Shown here piece after piece: positions 29,120 to 39,104 of a DNA stretch of 64,000 nt. Made by a program: the position numbers and the translations under genes. The stretch is from an alpha proteobacterium MED-G09 (GTDB lineage: Bacteria; Pseudomonadota; Alphaproteobacteria; MED-G09): assembly GCA_905182015.1 (NCBI GenBank), contig CAJIZT010000006.1, positions 19,116-83,115 on the forward strand, in the 5' to 3' direction. Within the stretch, counting starts at the first letter, position 1. Every line of letters begins with the position of its first letter. The notes under the pieces are model-generated. The model saw only the letters and a list, made by a program, of their open reading frames with translations. It ran no database searches and was not told where the DNA came from.

Positions 29120-30604
29120 TTAAGTTATGGTGTCGTTATCTGACAATAGAGATAATTGCTCCTGAAGGCTTTCATCAGTATAGTCCTTAAGATCTGTTGG
29201 ATAATCACCTGTAAAGCAATGATCTGTAAACTGAGGTTTTTTATCATTTCTACCTTTTGGAAACCCCATAGCTTTGTAAATTCCATCAAGAGATAGAAAG
29301 CCTAGACTATCAGCGCCAATAAAAGAACACATATCGTCAAGGCTGTGATTTGCGGCAAGTAATTGCTCTGTTTCGGGAGTATCTATCCCATAGAAGTCTG
29401 GAAACTTTATTGGAGGGCAGGCAATTCGTAAATGAACTTCTTTAGCCCCAGCATCTCTCATTAGCTGAACAATTTTAACTGAAGTCGTTCCTCTTACAAT
29501 ACTATCATCAATAAGGATTATTTTTTTCCCCTCCACAGAGCTTTTGTTTGGGTTATGTTTCATTTTAACGGAAGAGTGTCTAGTTGATTGCGTTGGCTGT
29601 ATGAATGTTCTCCCAACATAATGATTTCTTATAATCGCCAACTCAAAAGGTATTTTTGATTCTTCTGAAAATCCTAATGCAGCAGGTACGCCAGAATCCG
29701 GAACAGGCACGACAATATCTGCGTCAATAGGAAGCTCTTTCGCAAGCAATCTTCCAAAAGATTTTCTGCAATCATAAACTGACTTTCCGTCTAGAATGGA
29801 ATCGGGTCTTGAAAAGTAGATATACTCAAAAAGATCCGGTCTAGCTTCTGTTTTAGAGAATGGATTGATGCTTTCAATACCATCTTCAGTTATAACAACA
29901 ATTTCTCCTGGATTAATTTCCCTTATAAATTCAGCGCTTATAATATCTAGAGCACATGTTTCTGAGCAAAGAATATATGCTCCATCAAGCTTTCCTAAAA
30001 CAAGAGGCCTAATGCCATAGGGGTCTCGAGCACCAATAAGTTTTTTATTGGTAAGTATTACCAGCGAGTATGCACCCTCGACCTGCATAAGTGCGTCTAC
30101 TAATCTTTTTATTGTTCTGTCTGCTTTAGATTTAGCTACAAGCTGAAGAATTGTTTCAGTATCCGATGTCGATTGGAAAATTGCACCATTCTTCACAAGA
30201 TCATATCTTAAGGATAATGCATTAGTTAAATTTCCATTATGCGCAATTGCAAATCCCCCTCCCCATAAATCAGCAAAAAGTGGCTGAATGTTTCGGTGAA
30301 CGGTTCCTCCGGTTGTTGAGTACCTATTATGCCCAACACTATTCCTACCCTCCAGCCTTTTTATTACAGAAGGTCTTGAGAAGTTATCACTGACTAGCCC
30401 AAGATGTTTTTCTGATAAAAATTTTTCTCCATCAAATGTTACTATTCCAGAAGCTTCTTGCCCCCTATGCTGGAGAGCATGAAGCCCTAAAGCGGTTAAT
30501 GCTGCAGCATCTGGGTGATTGTAAACTCCAAATACCCCACATTCCTCATGCAACTTATCATCATCCTCATCATGTTTGTTTTTATTTAGATTCATCAAAT
30601 TCAT
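29120..30604 (-). CDS. purF: Amidophosphoribosyltransferase
   Basis: Propeptide plus EECGVFG, QHRGQE, HNGNL, PVPDSG, DDSIVRGTT. Start uncertain (30595-30619). Confidence 0.96.
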   Translation of the reverse strand: MNLMNLNKNKHDEDDDKLHEECGVFGVYNHPDAAALTALGLHALQHRGQEASGIVTFDGEKFLSEKHLGLVSDNFSRPSVIKRLEGRNSVGHNRYSTTGGTVHRNIQPLFADLWGGGFAIAHNGNLTNALSLRYDLVKNGAIFQSTSDTETILQLVAKSKADRTIKRLVDALMQVEGAYSLVILTNKKLIGARDPYGIRPLVLGKLDGAYILCSETCALDIISAEFIREINPGEIVVITEDGIESINPFSKTEARPDLFEYIYFSRPDSILDGKSVYDCRKSFGRLLAKELPIDADIVVPVPDSGVPAALGFSEESKIPFELAIIRNHYVGRTFIQPTQSTRHSSVKMKHNPNKSSVEGKKIILIDDSIVRGTTSVKIVQLMRDAGAKEVHLRIACPPIKFPDFYGIDTPETEQLLAANHSLDDMCSFIGADSLGFLSLDGIYKAMGFPKGRNDKKPQFTDHCFTGDYPTDLKDYTDESLQEQLSLLSDNDTIT

Positions 30605-31139
30605 TTTCCTTGGATTCAAGTATTTCTAAGGATGATACCTGACTTTTTAATACAAGATTGCCTACCGAAGGTATATTTTTTAGAATAAATTTTGTTGATA
30701 CTTCAATTAAAGGGGATGTGATTGAAGACTTTATATAATCTGGTCTCTCATTTTTATCCATAGGGAGAATGAAAACTATAAATACAATACTAGCTAAAAT
30801 ATAAATTCTAAAAGTTCCAAAAATAAACCCTAATATACGATCAATATATCCAATAGATGTAATCTTAAATAATCTTACTATTAGAATACTAAAAACTCTC
30901 CAAATCATCAGAGTTATTAAAAAAATTAAAGCTATTGAAATTAGGTCTGATAAAGAATCCGATTCTATAAAGGGCCTAAGAAATCTTCCTGCCTCAGGCA
31001 TTAAGATTATTACGGCTAAAAATGATATTACCCAGCCGATAAGAGAAAGTATTTCTTTTATAAAACCCTGCGTTAAGGCTAAACATCCCGATATCAACAT
31101 CGTAAGAATTAAGGTTATATCTAGCCAGTTAATATCCAT
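30582..31139 (-). CDS. cvpA: CvpA family protein
   Basis: GFIKEILSL..W, DR.LG..FG; directly upstream of purF. Confidence 0.88.
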   Translation of the reverse strand: MDINWLDITLILTMLISGCLALTQGFIKEILSLIGWVISFLAVIILMPEAGRFLRPFIESDSLSDLISIALIFLITLMIWRVFSILIVRLFKITSIGYIDRILGFIFGTFRIYILASIVFIVFILPMDKNERPDYIKSSITSPLIEVSTKFILKNIPSVGNLVLKSQVSSLEILESKENEFDESK

Positions 31140-31196
31140 ATAAATCTCTACCAAAAGATACCTATCAGTAAATGGTTATTTGTTAAATTGCTATAA

Positions 31197-31949
31197 TTAA
31201 TTACTGCGGTGACTAATTGGACCATTTGATTCACCTCTGGTGAATTGTAAAATAAATTTATTATCTGTTTTTTCTAGCTCACTTACATCATCACCCCAGA
31301 TAATAGCTCCATCATGAAGCATATAAACTTTACTAGCTATAGTTCTTGCGCTTGCCATATCGTGAGTAATTGTTAAGGCTGTGGCACCAAGATCTTTAAC
31401 CTTCTCAAGTATAAGGTTATTTATAACATCAGCTGTAATAGGGTCTAGTCCCGTTGTTGGTTCATCAAAAAGTATAATATCAGGCTCAGAGAAAATCGCC
31501 CTCGCTAAAGCAACTCTTTTTTGCATACCTCCGGAAAGTTCGGATGGGTATAGGTCTGATATATTTGATTTTAAACCAACTTTCTCGAGAGTCATTAAGG
31601 CATTGATTTTGCATTCTTTTTCAGAAACTTTCCCCTGTAGTGATATAAAGCTTATATTCTTCCATACAGGGAGGCTATCAAAAAGAGCACCACCCTGGAA
31701 AAGCATTCCAATTTTTATTCGGTTTTTATTTGAATAGCTAAGATTTTTATCTAAAATGCTTACATTATTAATCTTTATCATTCCGCTATCAGGTTTTATT
31801 AGACCCAAAAGACACTTTAGCATTACTGACTTTCCTGTTCCTGATTGACCTATAACAACAGCTGATTCACCTTTTTCTATATTAATATTTAAGTTTTTGA
31901 GAACTGAATTATTATTAAACTTTTTGTTTAGGTTTTTTATTTCAATCAT
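31197..31949 (-). CDS. mlaF: MlaF/Ttg2A ABC ATPase
   Basis: GQSGTGKS, LFQGGALFDS, LSGGMQKR, DEPTTGLDP. Confidence 0.88.
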   Translation of the reverse strand: MIEIKNLNKKFNNNSVLKNLNINIEKGESAVVIGQSGTGKSVMLKCLLGLIKPDSGMIKINNVSILDKNLSYSNKNRIKIGMLFQGGALFDSLPVWKNISFISLQGKVSEKECKINALMTLEKVGLKSNISDLYPSELSGGMQKRVALARAIFSEPDIILFDEPTTGLDPITADVINNLILEKVKDLGATALTITHDMASARTIASKVYMLHDGAIIWGDDVSELEKTDNKFILQFTRGESNGPISHRSN

Positions 31950-31959
31950 TTAGTTCTCC

Positions 31960-32730
31960 TTATGAAGAAAATAGCAGGTTTGTCATTATATAATTCGAAG
32001 CTAGTATTAAGATCGATGAGCTAACGACGGCATTCATAGTTGACCTTCCTACCCCTTGAGCACCCCCCTTAGAGTTAAATCCATGATAAGATCCCATTAT
32101 AGAAATAATAAAGCCAAAGACAGATGCCTTGATTAGTCCGGAAATGATATCTCCAGATTCTAAGAAAGCCTCAGTATTTTGAAGATAAACTGTACCGTTA
32201 AACCCAAGGCTTTGAACGCCAACAAGCCACCCACCCATTATTCCGATTATATCAGCAAAACCAACAAGAATAGGAAGAGATATAACAGCTGCTAACACTC
32301 TGGGGAATACTAAGTATTCATAAGGATCGGTGGATAAGGTCCTTAGAGCATCAATTTGTTCCGTTACTTTCATTGTACCTAGTTCAGCTGCTATAGCGGC
32401 AGAAACTCTCCCGGCGACGACGATACCTCCAAGCACCGGGCCTAATTCTCTGGTTATGCCTAATGCCACAATTGATGAAACAATGACTTCTGAATTAAAT
32501 TGGTTTCCTCCGTAGTATATCTGTATCGCAAGAGCACCACCTGTAAAAAAAGACGTTAGAGCAACAACGGGAAGAGAAAGATAACCTATCGATATTATCT
32601 GAAGAAAAAAATTTTTTAGATACCACCTTGATGTTGCAGCCTTGAATGTTTTTAAAATAAAAAGGAATAGCCTACCTACTTCTTGAATAAAACCAAGAAT
32701 AGACGAACCAGTATTAACTAAAACCTTCAT
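31960..32730 (-). CDS. mlaE: MlaE lipid asymmetry ABC permease
   Basis: RELGPV, AAELGTMKVTEQIDAL, GGAQGVG. Confidence 0.92.
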   Translation of the reverse strand: MKVLVNTGSSILGFIQEVGRLFLFILKTFKAATSRWYLKNFFLQIISIGYLSLPVVALTSFFTGGALAIQIYYGGNQFNSEVIVSSIVALGITRELGPVLGGIVVAGRVSAAIAAELGTMKVTEQIDALRTLSTDPYEYLVFPRVLAAVISLPILVGFADIIGIMGGWLVGVQSLGFNGTVYLQNTEAFLESGDIISGLIKASVFGFIISIMGSYHGFNSKGGAQGVGRSTMNAVVSSSILILASNYIMTNLLFSS

Positions 32731-32737
32731 TTAACCA

Positions 32738-34261
32738 TTACTCCATTCTTTCTGGAATATAATCATCTCGGGCTAGATCAGAGAATCTTGTAAATTGTTC
32801 TGTGAATTGCATTTCAACTGCCTTAACAGCGCCATGTCGATGTTTCTCTATAAGAACGGATGCTTTTCCATGGGCAGCCTCCATTTTATTTTGCCAATCA
32901 ATATGTTGTTCAGTTCCAGTATCAGGCTCGTCCCTTCTTAAATAATATTCTTCACGATACACAAACATAACTATATCAGCGTCTTGCTCAATAGCACCAG
33001 AGTCTCTTAGATCAGATAGCTGAGGTCTTTTATTATCTCTTGTTTCAACATTACGTGACAACTGAGAAAGGGCTATAACAGGAACATTTAATTCTTTTGC
33101 AAGAGCCTTAAGTCCTTGAGTTATTTGAGAAATTTCTTGTACAACATTTCCCCTATATCTATCTGAACCAGTTGTAGCTAATTGAAGGTAGTCAACAACA
33201 ACGAGAGAAAGATCTTGATTTTTTTGCTTTAGAGTTCTCGCAAGCCGTCTTGCTCTAGATGATAATACTCCCACAGGTATTGCTCCAGTTTGATCAATAT
33301 AAAGAGGTACATTTTTTAGTTCATTAGCTATTTTAATGTAGTTTGCAATTTCCCTTTCATCAATTTTACCTTGACGAACATCACTTGATGATACACCTGA
33401 TTGATCGGAAATTATTCTTGTACTTAATTGTTCGGCAGACATTTCGAGTGAGAAAAAAGCTACAGCTCCTGGCTTATTTTTATCATTAGCGCTCTCCAGA
33501 GAATCTAATTCATTTTTATTCATACGATCTCCAAAGGTTTTAGCAATATTAAAAGCTATGTTGGAGGCTAGGGCGGTTTTACCCATTGAAGGCCTTCCTG
33601 CTATTATTATTAAGTCAGATTTCTGCAATCCTCCCAAAGCTTTATCTAAATCTGAGAAACCTGTTGCTAGTCCAGCTAATCCATCATCTGAGGAATATGC
33701 CATTTCAGCTGCTATAACAGACTCTGTTATAGAGTCTTCAAAATTATAAAAACTCTTGCCCGTTTGCCCTTTTTGATCAATTTCATAAAGTTTAATTTCG
33801 GTATCTTCAATGATTTGCGAGACTTCTCTATCTTCGCTTAGGGCAAAGGATGAGTGCTCTAGAAACTCTGCAGTTTGAATTAGCTGTCGCCTAAGCGAAA
33901 GCTCATAAATTTCATTTGCTACTTCTTTTACCACAAGGCTGTGAGTTGCATTCGCAACTAAATTTATAAAATAACTATTAGAATCAAAGGCATCATTAGT
34001 TTCAAATAATGTTTTTAAGAAAAGAATTGTTACAGTTTTACCATTGTTATTCATTTGGATTATTTTTTCATAAATTTCTTGATGAAATACTTCATAGAAA
34101 TGAAAATCTTTAAGCCCAATTTCTGACATTTTATCGATAAGACCGTTATTTTTTATTAAAGCCCCTAATAACTGTTGTTCAGCTTCTAAGTTGTGGGGTA
34201 GCTCTAAGCTTTCAGCTGCTGAGTTATTTTTATTTAATATTATTGCTGATGATTGCTCCAT
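32738..34261 (-). CDS. dnaB: Replicative DNA helicase
   Basis: P.N.EAEQ, GRPSMGKT, FSLEMS, VDYLQL, LSQLSR, LRDSGAIEQDAD. Confidence 0.97.
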   Translation of the reverse strand: MEQSSAIILNKNNSAAESLELPHNLEAEQQLLGALIKNNGLIDKMSEIGLKDFHFYEVFHQEIYEKIIQMNNNGKTVTILFLKTLFETNDAFDSNSYFINLVANATHSLVVKEVANEIYELSLRRQLIQTAEFLEHSSFALSEDREVSQIIEDTEIKLYEIDQKGQTGKSFYNFEDSITESVIAAEMAYSSDDGLAGLATGFSDLDKALGGLQKSDLIIIAGRPSMGKTALASNIAFNIAKTFGDRMNKNELDSLESANDKNKPGAVAFFSLEMSAEQLSTRIISDQSGVSSSDVRQGKIDEREIANYIKIANELKNVPLYIDQTGAIPVGVLSSRARRLARTLKQKNQDLSLVVVDYLQLATTGSDRYRGNVVQEISQITQGLKALAKELNVPVIALSQLSRNVETRDNKRPQLSDLRDSGAIEQDADIVMFVYREEYYLRRDEPDTGTEQHIDWQNKMEAAHGKASVLIEKHRHGAVKAVEMQFTEQFTRFSDLARDDYIPERME

Positions 34262-34306
34262 AACTGCAATCTATATCGTTGATGGTTATAAAAAAAGGAA
34301 ATTATC

Positions 34307-34315
34307 TGTGGATAA
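34307..34315 (-). promoter_or_regulatory. Perfect DnaA box upstream of dnaB
   Basis: TGTGGATAA on + equals TTATCCACA on the dnaB strand, 45 bp upstream of the ATG; weaker 7/9 copy at 34326-34334. Confidence 0.6.
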
Positions 34316-34353
34316 GTAAGAATACTGGGGTTAACTTTTTAACTAACTGTTTC

Positions 34354-35001
34354 TTAAGATTCTTGTTCGGGATCTAACTGCTTTAATTCTTCACTTACAG
34401 TCCCTTCGTCCTGATCTTCTTCTTTGGAATCTTCATTTGGATTAACTTCCTCTTCAGGAATCGCACCTTCCTCAAATATTTCATCTAAAGCAACCGCCGC
34501 TTCTTCTGACTTAACCGGGTCAATATTTTGACCGCTTATAAGCGCTTCAGCTTCTTCTAAACTTCTTGAAATATACACAGAAATATTTGATGTAACCTCA
34601 GGGTGTAATTTTATTCTGATCTCGTGATAGCCTATTTCTTTTATTGGTTTATCAAGGACAACTTGATTTTTGTCTAATGAAAAACCTTCTTCTCCAAGCT
34701 TTTCCTTAATATCACCAGAGTGAACAGATCCATATAACTGACCAGTATCACTTGCTTGACGAATTATAATATAGTTATTTATAATTATTTTTTCGGATAC
34801 TGATTCTGCTTCATTTTTTAGTTTTAAATTTTTTGCCTCTAAGTTTACTTTTTCTTTTTCGAAATACTCACGGTTTGATTTATTTGCTCTTAGTGCTTTA
34901 TTTGCAGGCAATAAAAAGTTTCTAGCAAAACCATCCTTTACATTAACAACATCACCCATTTGGCCTAATCGTTCAATTCTTTCAAGTAGTATTACTTCCA
35001 T
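34354..35001 (-). CDS. rplI: 50S ribosomal protein L9
   Basis: MEVILLE...LG..GD.V.VK.GFARNFL.P, LHPEV, acidic tail. Confidence 0.97.
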   Translation of the reverse strand: MEVILLERIERLGQMGDVVNVKDGFARNFLLPANKALRANKSNREYFEKEKVNLEAKNLKLKNEAESVSEKIIINNYIIIRQASDTGQLYGSVHSGDIKEKLGEEGFSLDKNQVVLDKPIKEIGYHEIRIKLHPEVTSNISVYISRSLEEAEALISGQNIDPVKSEEAAVALDEIFEEGAIPEEEVNPNEDSKEEDQDEGTVSEELKQLDPEQES

Positions 35002-35006
35002 TTTTA

Positions 35007-35267
35007 TTAATCCATCTGGTAGGGAATAAGTGCAATATAGCGGGATCTTTTAATTGCTTTTGCTAACTCTCTTTGTTTTTTTGCTGAAACAGCTGTTATT
35101 CTACTAGGTATCATCTTACCTCTCTCTGAGAGATATTTTCTTAATAGTTTTGTATCTTTATAATCGATTTTTGGAGATTTATCGCCAGAAAATGGGCATG
35201 TTTTTTTTCTACGAAGAAAAGGTCTTTTTGTTGGAACTTGTGAAATATTTGGAATAATATTATTCAT
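35007..35267 (-). CDS. rpsR: 30S ribosomal protein S18
   Basis: [23 protein letters not shown]. Confidence 0.97.
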   Translation of the reverse strand: MNNIIPNISQVPTKRPFLRRKKTCPFSGDKSPKIDYKDTKLLRKYLSERGKMIPSRITAVSAKKQRELAKAIKRSRYIALIPYQMD

Positions 35268-35269
35268 AA

Positions 35270-35632
35270 TTATGCGCCTCTATTAGAGCTATAAGAGCCC
35301 TCTTTTTTAACAGAAGCCTTCATCACTGGTGACGAGTCTTCGTTTATGCTCTCAGTTCTTGTAGTTAAATATCTTATCACATCTTCATTTAATTTTTGAA
35401 TTCGCTCTAACTCTTGAATAGCCGCACTGGGGCCATCTATTCGTAGCAAAGAGTAGTGGCCTCTTTCGTTTTTTTTAATTTTATATGCAAGATCTCTTAA
35501 TCCCCAGTATTCAGTATATACCGTTTTACCCCCATTATCTTTAATAATAGTTTTTATTTCTTCAACAAGAGTATCTACTTGTTGAGGAGCAATCTCTGGT
35601 CTAGTTATAAATACATGTTCGTAATATGACAT
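35270..35632 (-). CDS. rpsF: 30S ribosomal protein S6
   Basis: YEHVFI.RP, EYWGLR.LAY.IKK, EDVIRYL. Confidence 0.97.
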   Translation of the reverse strand: MSYYEHVFITRPEIAPQQVDTLVEEIKTIIKDNGGKTVYTEYWGLRDLAYKIKKNERGHYSLLRIDGPSAAIQELERIQKLNEDVIRYLTTRTESINEDSSPVMKASVKKEGSYSSNRGA

Positions 35633-35756
35633 TATCTTCCTTTTAAGATTTTATTTTTCAAACTATTGAGTTCTTTAATGTATTAAAGTTTAATTTGCAA
35701 GCTTGTTATAATGTCATTAATTGAATTTAATATATAAAAGATAGGGAGTGAATAAA

Positions 35757-36698
35757 ATGATAGCAATTGTTTTCCCGGGTCAAGGAAGTCAGTTTATAGG
35801 AATGGGGAAAGATTTATCGATTTCATTTCCTGAGGCTAGAAAAGTTTTTGAAGAAGTTGACGACACTCTCGAACAAAATTTATCTAAAATTATGTTTGAA
35901 GGGTCTAATGAGGAACTTACTTTAACTGAGAATACTCAGCCTGCTATTATGGCAGTTGGTATGGCAGTTATAATGATTTTAAAAAAACGTGGTCATGGAA
36001 TTAGCTCTATATCTAATGTTTTGGCAGGTCACTCGCTAGGGGAGTATACAGCTCTGGCTGCTTCAGAAAGTTTATCAATTAGAGATACCTCCCTGCTATT
36101 AAAGGCTAGAGGAAGGGCTATGCAAGATTCTGTTCCAAAAGGTAAAGGTTCGATGGCGGCCATACTAGGTTTAAGCATCAATCAAGTTATTAATATAATT
36201 ACTGATTTTAAGTTAAAAGAAAAAGTCTTTCCTGCAAACGATAATGCTGATGGTCAAGTAGTTATTTCGGGGCTAAAGAGTGATGTTGAGGAATCTCTTG
36301 AGATTTTTCTTAAAAATGGAGCAAAGAAAGCTCTTAAAATTTCAGTAAGCGCACCATTTCACTGCCCCTTAATGAATCACGCCAAAGACGTGATAAAAGA
36401 AACTCTTGATGGCATCACTCTTAAAGTACCCCTTGTCCCTGTGTTATCGAATGTAACTGTTCAATCAACCTCCTCAGTTAATGAAATCAAAGATAATTTA
36501 GTGAATCAGGTTACTGAAATGGTAAGGTGGAGAGAGATTATGGTTGAACTTAACAGCAGGGGTGTTAGTAATTTTTATGAAATTGGAACTGGTTCAGTTT
36601 TAAGCAACCTTGCCAAAAGGAGTTGCCCATCTTTTAGTAGAAAATCTATCAATAACCAATCAAGTGTTGAAGATTTTCTTACTTCATTGGAAACGTAA
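35757..36698 (+). CDS. fabD: Malonyl-CoA:ACP transacylase
   Basis: FPGQGSQ, TQPA, GHSLGEY, VSAPFH; ATG 35757 after GGGAG. Confidence 0.96.
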   Translation: MIAIVFPGQGSQFIGMGKDLSISFPEARKVFEEVDDTLEQNLSKIMFEGSNEELTLTENTQPAIMAVGMAVIMILKKRGHGISSISNVLAGHSLGEYTALAASESLSIRDTSLLLKARGRAMQDSVPKGKGSMAAILGLSINQVINIITDFKLKEKVFPANDNADGQVVISGLKSDVEESLEIFLKNGAKKALKISVSAPFHCPLMNHAKDVIKETLDGITLKVPLVPVLSNVTVQSTSSVNEIKDNLVNQVTEMVRWREIMVELNSRGVSNFYEIGTGSVLSNLAKRSCPSFSRKSINNQSSVEDFLTSLET

Positions 36699-36707
36699 GG
36701 ATAAAAT

Positions 36708-37445
36708 ATGATTAATTTAAGAGAAAAAAAAGCATTACTGACAGGTGCGAGTGGCGGAATAGGAAAGGCTGTTGCAAGAGAGTTAATTGCTGCTGGGGCT
36801 AACGTTTGCCTTACCGGAAGAAATGAAGAGGAGCTGTTAAAACTTCAAAATGAATTGGGTGATAATGCTGACATCATTATCGCAGACCTGTCTGATCATG
36901 CAAACATTATTTCATTGGTAAAGGAAGCTGAAGAAAAATTAGGTGGGATCGATATCCTGGTTAACAATGCTGGAATAACAAAAGATAATATTTTTTTAAG
37001 AATGTCTGATGAGGAATGGAATGATGTTATTGATATTAACTTAAATTCAACCTTTAAGATGACCAAAGCAGTAATAAGGGGGATGGTTAAAAGAAGGTAC
37101 GGAAGAATTATCAATATCACCTCTGTAATAGGTGTCGCAGGTATGGCTGGGCAGTCAAATTATTCTGCATCTAAGGCGGCTATAATTGGTATGTCAAAAT
37201 CCTTAGCGCAAGAGGTGGGATCAAGGTCAATCACAGTAAATTGCATAGCTCCTGGTTTTATTGAAACAAATATGACGGCAGGGCTAAGTGAAGCTAGGAA
37301 AGAAGAGATATTAAAATCAATTGTGGTTAAGAGGTTAGGACTTCCTGAGGATGTATCAGGGGCTGTGTCTTACTTAGCTTCAGATAGTGCAAGCTATATT
37401 ACTGGACAAACAATTCATATAAATGGCGGAATGTTAATGATTTAA
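36708..37445 (+). CDS. fabG: 3-oxoacyl-ACP reductase
   Basis: TGASGGIG, NNAGIT.D, NYSASKA, HINGGM; fab operon context. Confidence 0.95.
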   Translation: MINLREKKALLTGASGGIGKAVARELIAAGANVCLTGRNEEELLKLQNELGDNADIIIADLSDHANIISLVKEAEEKLGGIDILVNNAGITKDNIFLRMSDEEWNDVIDINLNSTFKMTKAVIRGMVKRRYGRIINITSVIGVAGMAGQSNYSASKAAIIGMSKSLAQEVGSRSITVNCIAPGFIETNMTAGLSEARKEEILKSIVVKRLGLPEDVSGAVSYLASDSASYITGQTIHINGGMLMI

Positions 37446-37470
37446 TTTATTAACTTAATTAATCACATTC

Positions 37471-37499
37471 TTGTATAAGTTGTGACAATGTGCTAAATC
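37471..37499 (+). promoter_or_regulatory. Putative sigma70 promoter for acpP
   Basis: TTGTAT-N17-TAAATC, including the GCTAAATC alphaproteobacterial-type -10. Confidence 0.4.
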
Positions 37500-37563
37500 G
37501 CATGTTATTGATTCACGTAATCAAATCTTGTTAATATTAAGAATAATTTAAAAGGAATATGAA

Positions 37564-37800
37564 ATGAGCGATACACTAGAAAAAGTTCAGGCAATAGTAG
37601 TTGAACATTTGGGAGTGGAAGCAGAAAAAGTATCAGCTTCTGCAAGTTTTATTGAAGACCTTGGAGCTGACAGTTTAGACACTGTTGAGCTTGTAATGGC
37701 CTTCGAAGAAGAGTTCGGTATCGAGATACCCGATGATGCTGCTGAAAGCATACTCTCTGTTGGCGATGCAATAAGCTTTATAGATTCTGTAAAAAAATAA
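37564..37800 (+). CDS. acpP: Acyl carrier protein
   Basis: [20 protein letters not shown]. Confidence 0.98.
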   Translation: MSDTLEKVQAIVVEHLGVEAEKVSASASFIEDLGADSLDTVELVMAFEEEFGIEIPDDAAESILSVGDAISFIDSVKK

Positions 37801-37813
37801 TATTAAATAAAGA

Positions 37814-39100
37814 TTGGACCATTCATTGCGTAGAGTTGTTGTTACTGGAATAGGTGCTGTAACTCCCTTAGGGGGAGACATACATTCATCTTGGGAAAAA
37901 TTAATATTAGGTGAATCAGGAGCCTCATCAATAACGCGATTTGATCCTGAAGGTTTTCCATGTACTATTGCTTGTGAGGTACCTCTTGGGGAAGGTCTAT
38001 CTGCTAATGATGGATCGTTTAACCCTAATGACTGGGTTTCACCTAAAGATCAAAAAAAAATTGATACTTTTATATTGTACGGTATTGCTGCAGCAGAAAT
38101 GGCAATAAAGGATTCTGGTTGGTCACCAAGGTCGGATGAAGATATCTTTAGAGCTGGCGTTGGCGTTGGTTCTGGTATCGGTGGTTTAGCTAGTATTGAA
38201 AAAACAGCTCATATTCTTAAGGAAAAAGGACCAAGAAAAGTTAGTCCTTTTTTTATTCCGGGCGCTTTAATTAATTTAGCAGCTGGACAAATTTCAATTC
38301 GAAATAATTTAAAGGGCCCAAATTTAGCTGCTGTTACAGCATGTGCCTCAGGATCACATTCAATTGGGGAAGGTGCTCAGATGATCAAGAACAATAAGGC
38401 TGACGTCATGGTAGTGGGTGGAGCAGAAGCAGCAATTTGCCCTCTTGGCATGGCAGGATTTTCTGCAAGTAGGGCTCTTAGTACTAATTTTAATAATACA
38501 CCTGAAAAAGCATCAAGGCCATATGACTCTGAAAGAGATGGATTCGTTATGGGTGAGGGGGCAGGATTTCTTGTTCTTGAGGAACTTGAGTGTGCGTTAT
38601 CTAGGGGGGCAAATATTTACGGAGAGCTAAAAGGGTATGGCGTTTCTGGCGATGCCTTTCATATTACATCCCCATCACCGGATGGCGATGGAGCATATAG
38701 ATCTATTTTAATGGCTTTGAGTGATGCAAAAATAGAAACTAAAGAAATTGATTATATTAATGCTCATGGTACTTCAACACCACTAGGCGATGAAATTGAA
38801 TTAAGAGCTGTTGAGAGAGCTTTTGAAGGTCAGGTTGAAGGATTATCAATGTCATCGACTAAATCATCAACAGGTCATTTACTAGGGGCTGCAGGAGCGG
38901 TTGAGGCCGTATTTAGTATAATGTGTATGAAAGAAAATATTATTCCCCCTACGCTTAATTTAGATAACCCTTCAGTTGAAACAAAAATTGATCTTGTGCC
39001 ACATAAGAGTAAACAAAAAGAAATAAACTCAATTTTATCAAACTCTTTTGGTTTTGGCGGAACTAATGCTTCCTTAATTTTCTCACGGTACTATAATTAA
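37814..39100 (+). CDS. fabF: Beta-ketoacyl-ACP synthase II
   Basis: RRVVVTG, TACASG, NAHGTST, GHLLGAAG, NSFGFGG. Confidence 0.96.
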   Translation: MDHSLRRVVVTGIGAVTPLGGDIHSSWEKLILGESGASSITRFDPEGFPCTIACEVPLGEGLSANDGSFNPNDWVSPKDQKKIDTFILYGIAAAEMAIKDSGWSPRSDEDIFRAGVGVGSGIGGLASIEKTAHILKEKGPRKVSPFFIPGALINLAAGQISIRNNLKGPNLAAVTACASGSHSIGEGAQMIKNNKADVMVVGGAEAAICPLGMAGFSASRALSTNFNNTPEKASRPYDSERDGFVMGEGAGFLVLEELECALSRGANIYGELKGYGVSGDAFHITSPSPDGDGAYRSILMALSDAKIETKEIDYINAHGTSTPLGDEIELRAVERAFEGQVEGLSMSSTKSSTGHLLGAAGAVEAVFSIMCMKENIIPPTLNLDNPSVETKIDLVPHKSKQKEINSILSNSFGFGGTNASLIFSRYYN

Positions 39101-39104
39101 ATTT

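Noticed and set aside
32329-32337. 8/9 DnaA-box-like GGTGGATAA
   Set aside because: Inside the mlaE coding sequence, isolated, and plausible by chance.
33480-33545. Insertion in DnaB after Walker A, considered as a possible intein
   Set aside because: Only about 20 aa, no intein termini, and a variable insert here is usual in alphaproteobacterial DnaB.
34354-34520. Long acidic C-terminal tail on L9
   Set aside because: Common in alphaproteobacterial RplI.
35633-35700. S6:S18-binding leader RNA upstream of rpsF
   Set aside because: No CCG core; only weak AT-rich pairing.
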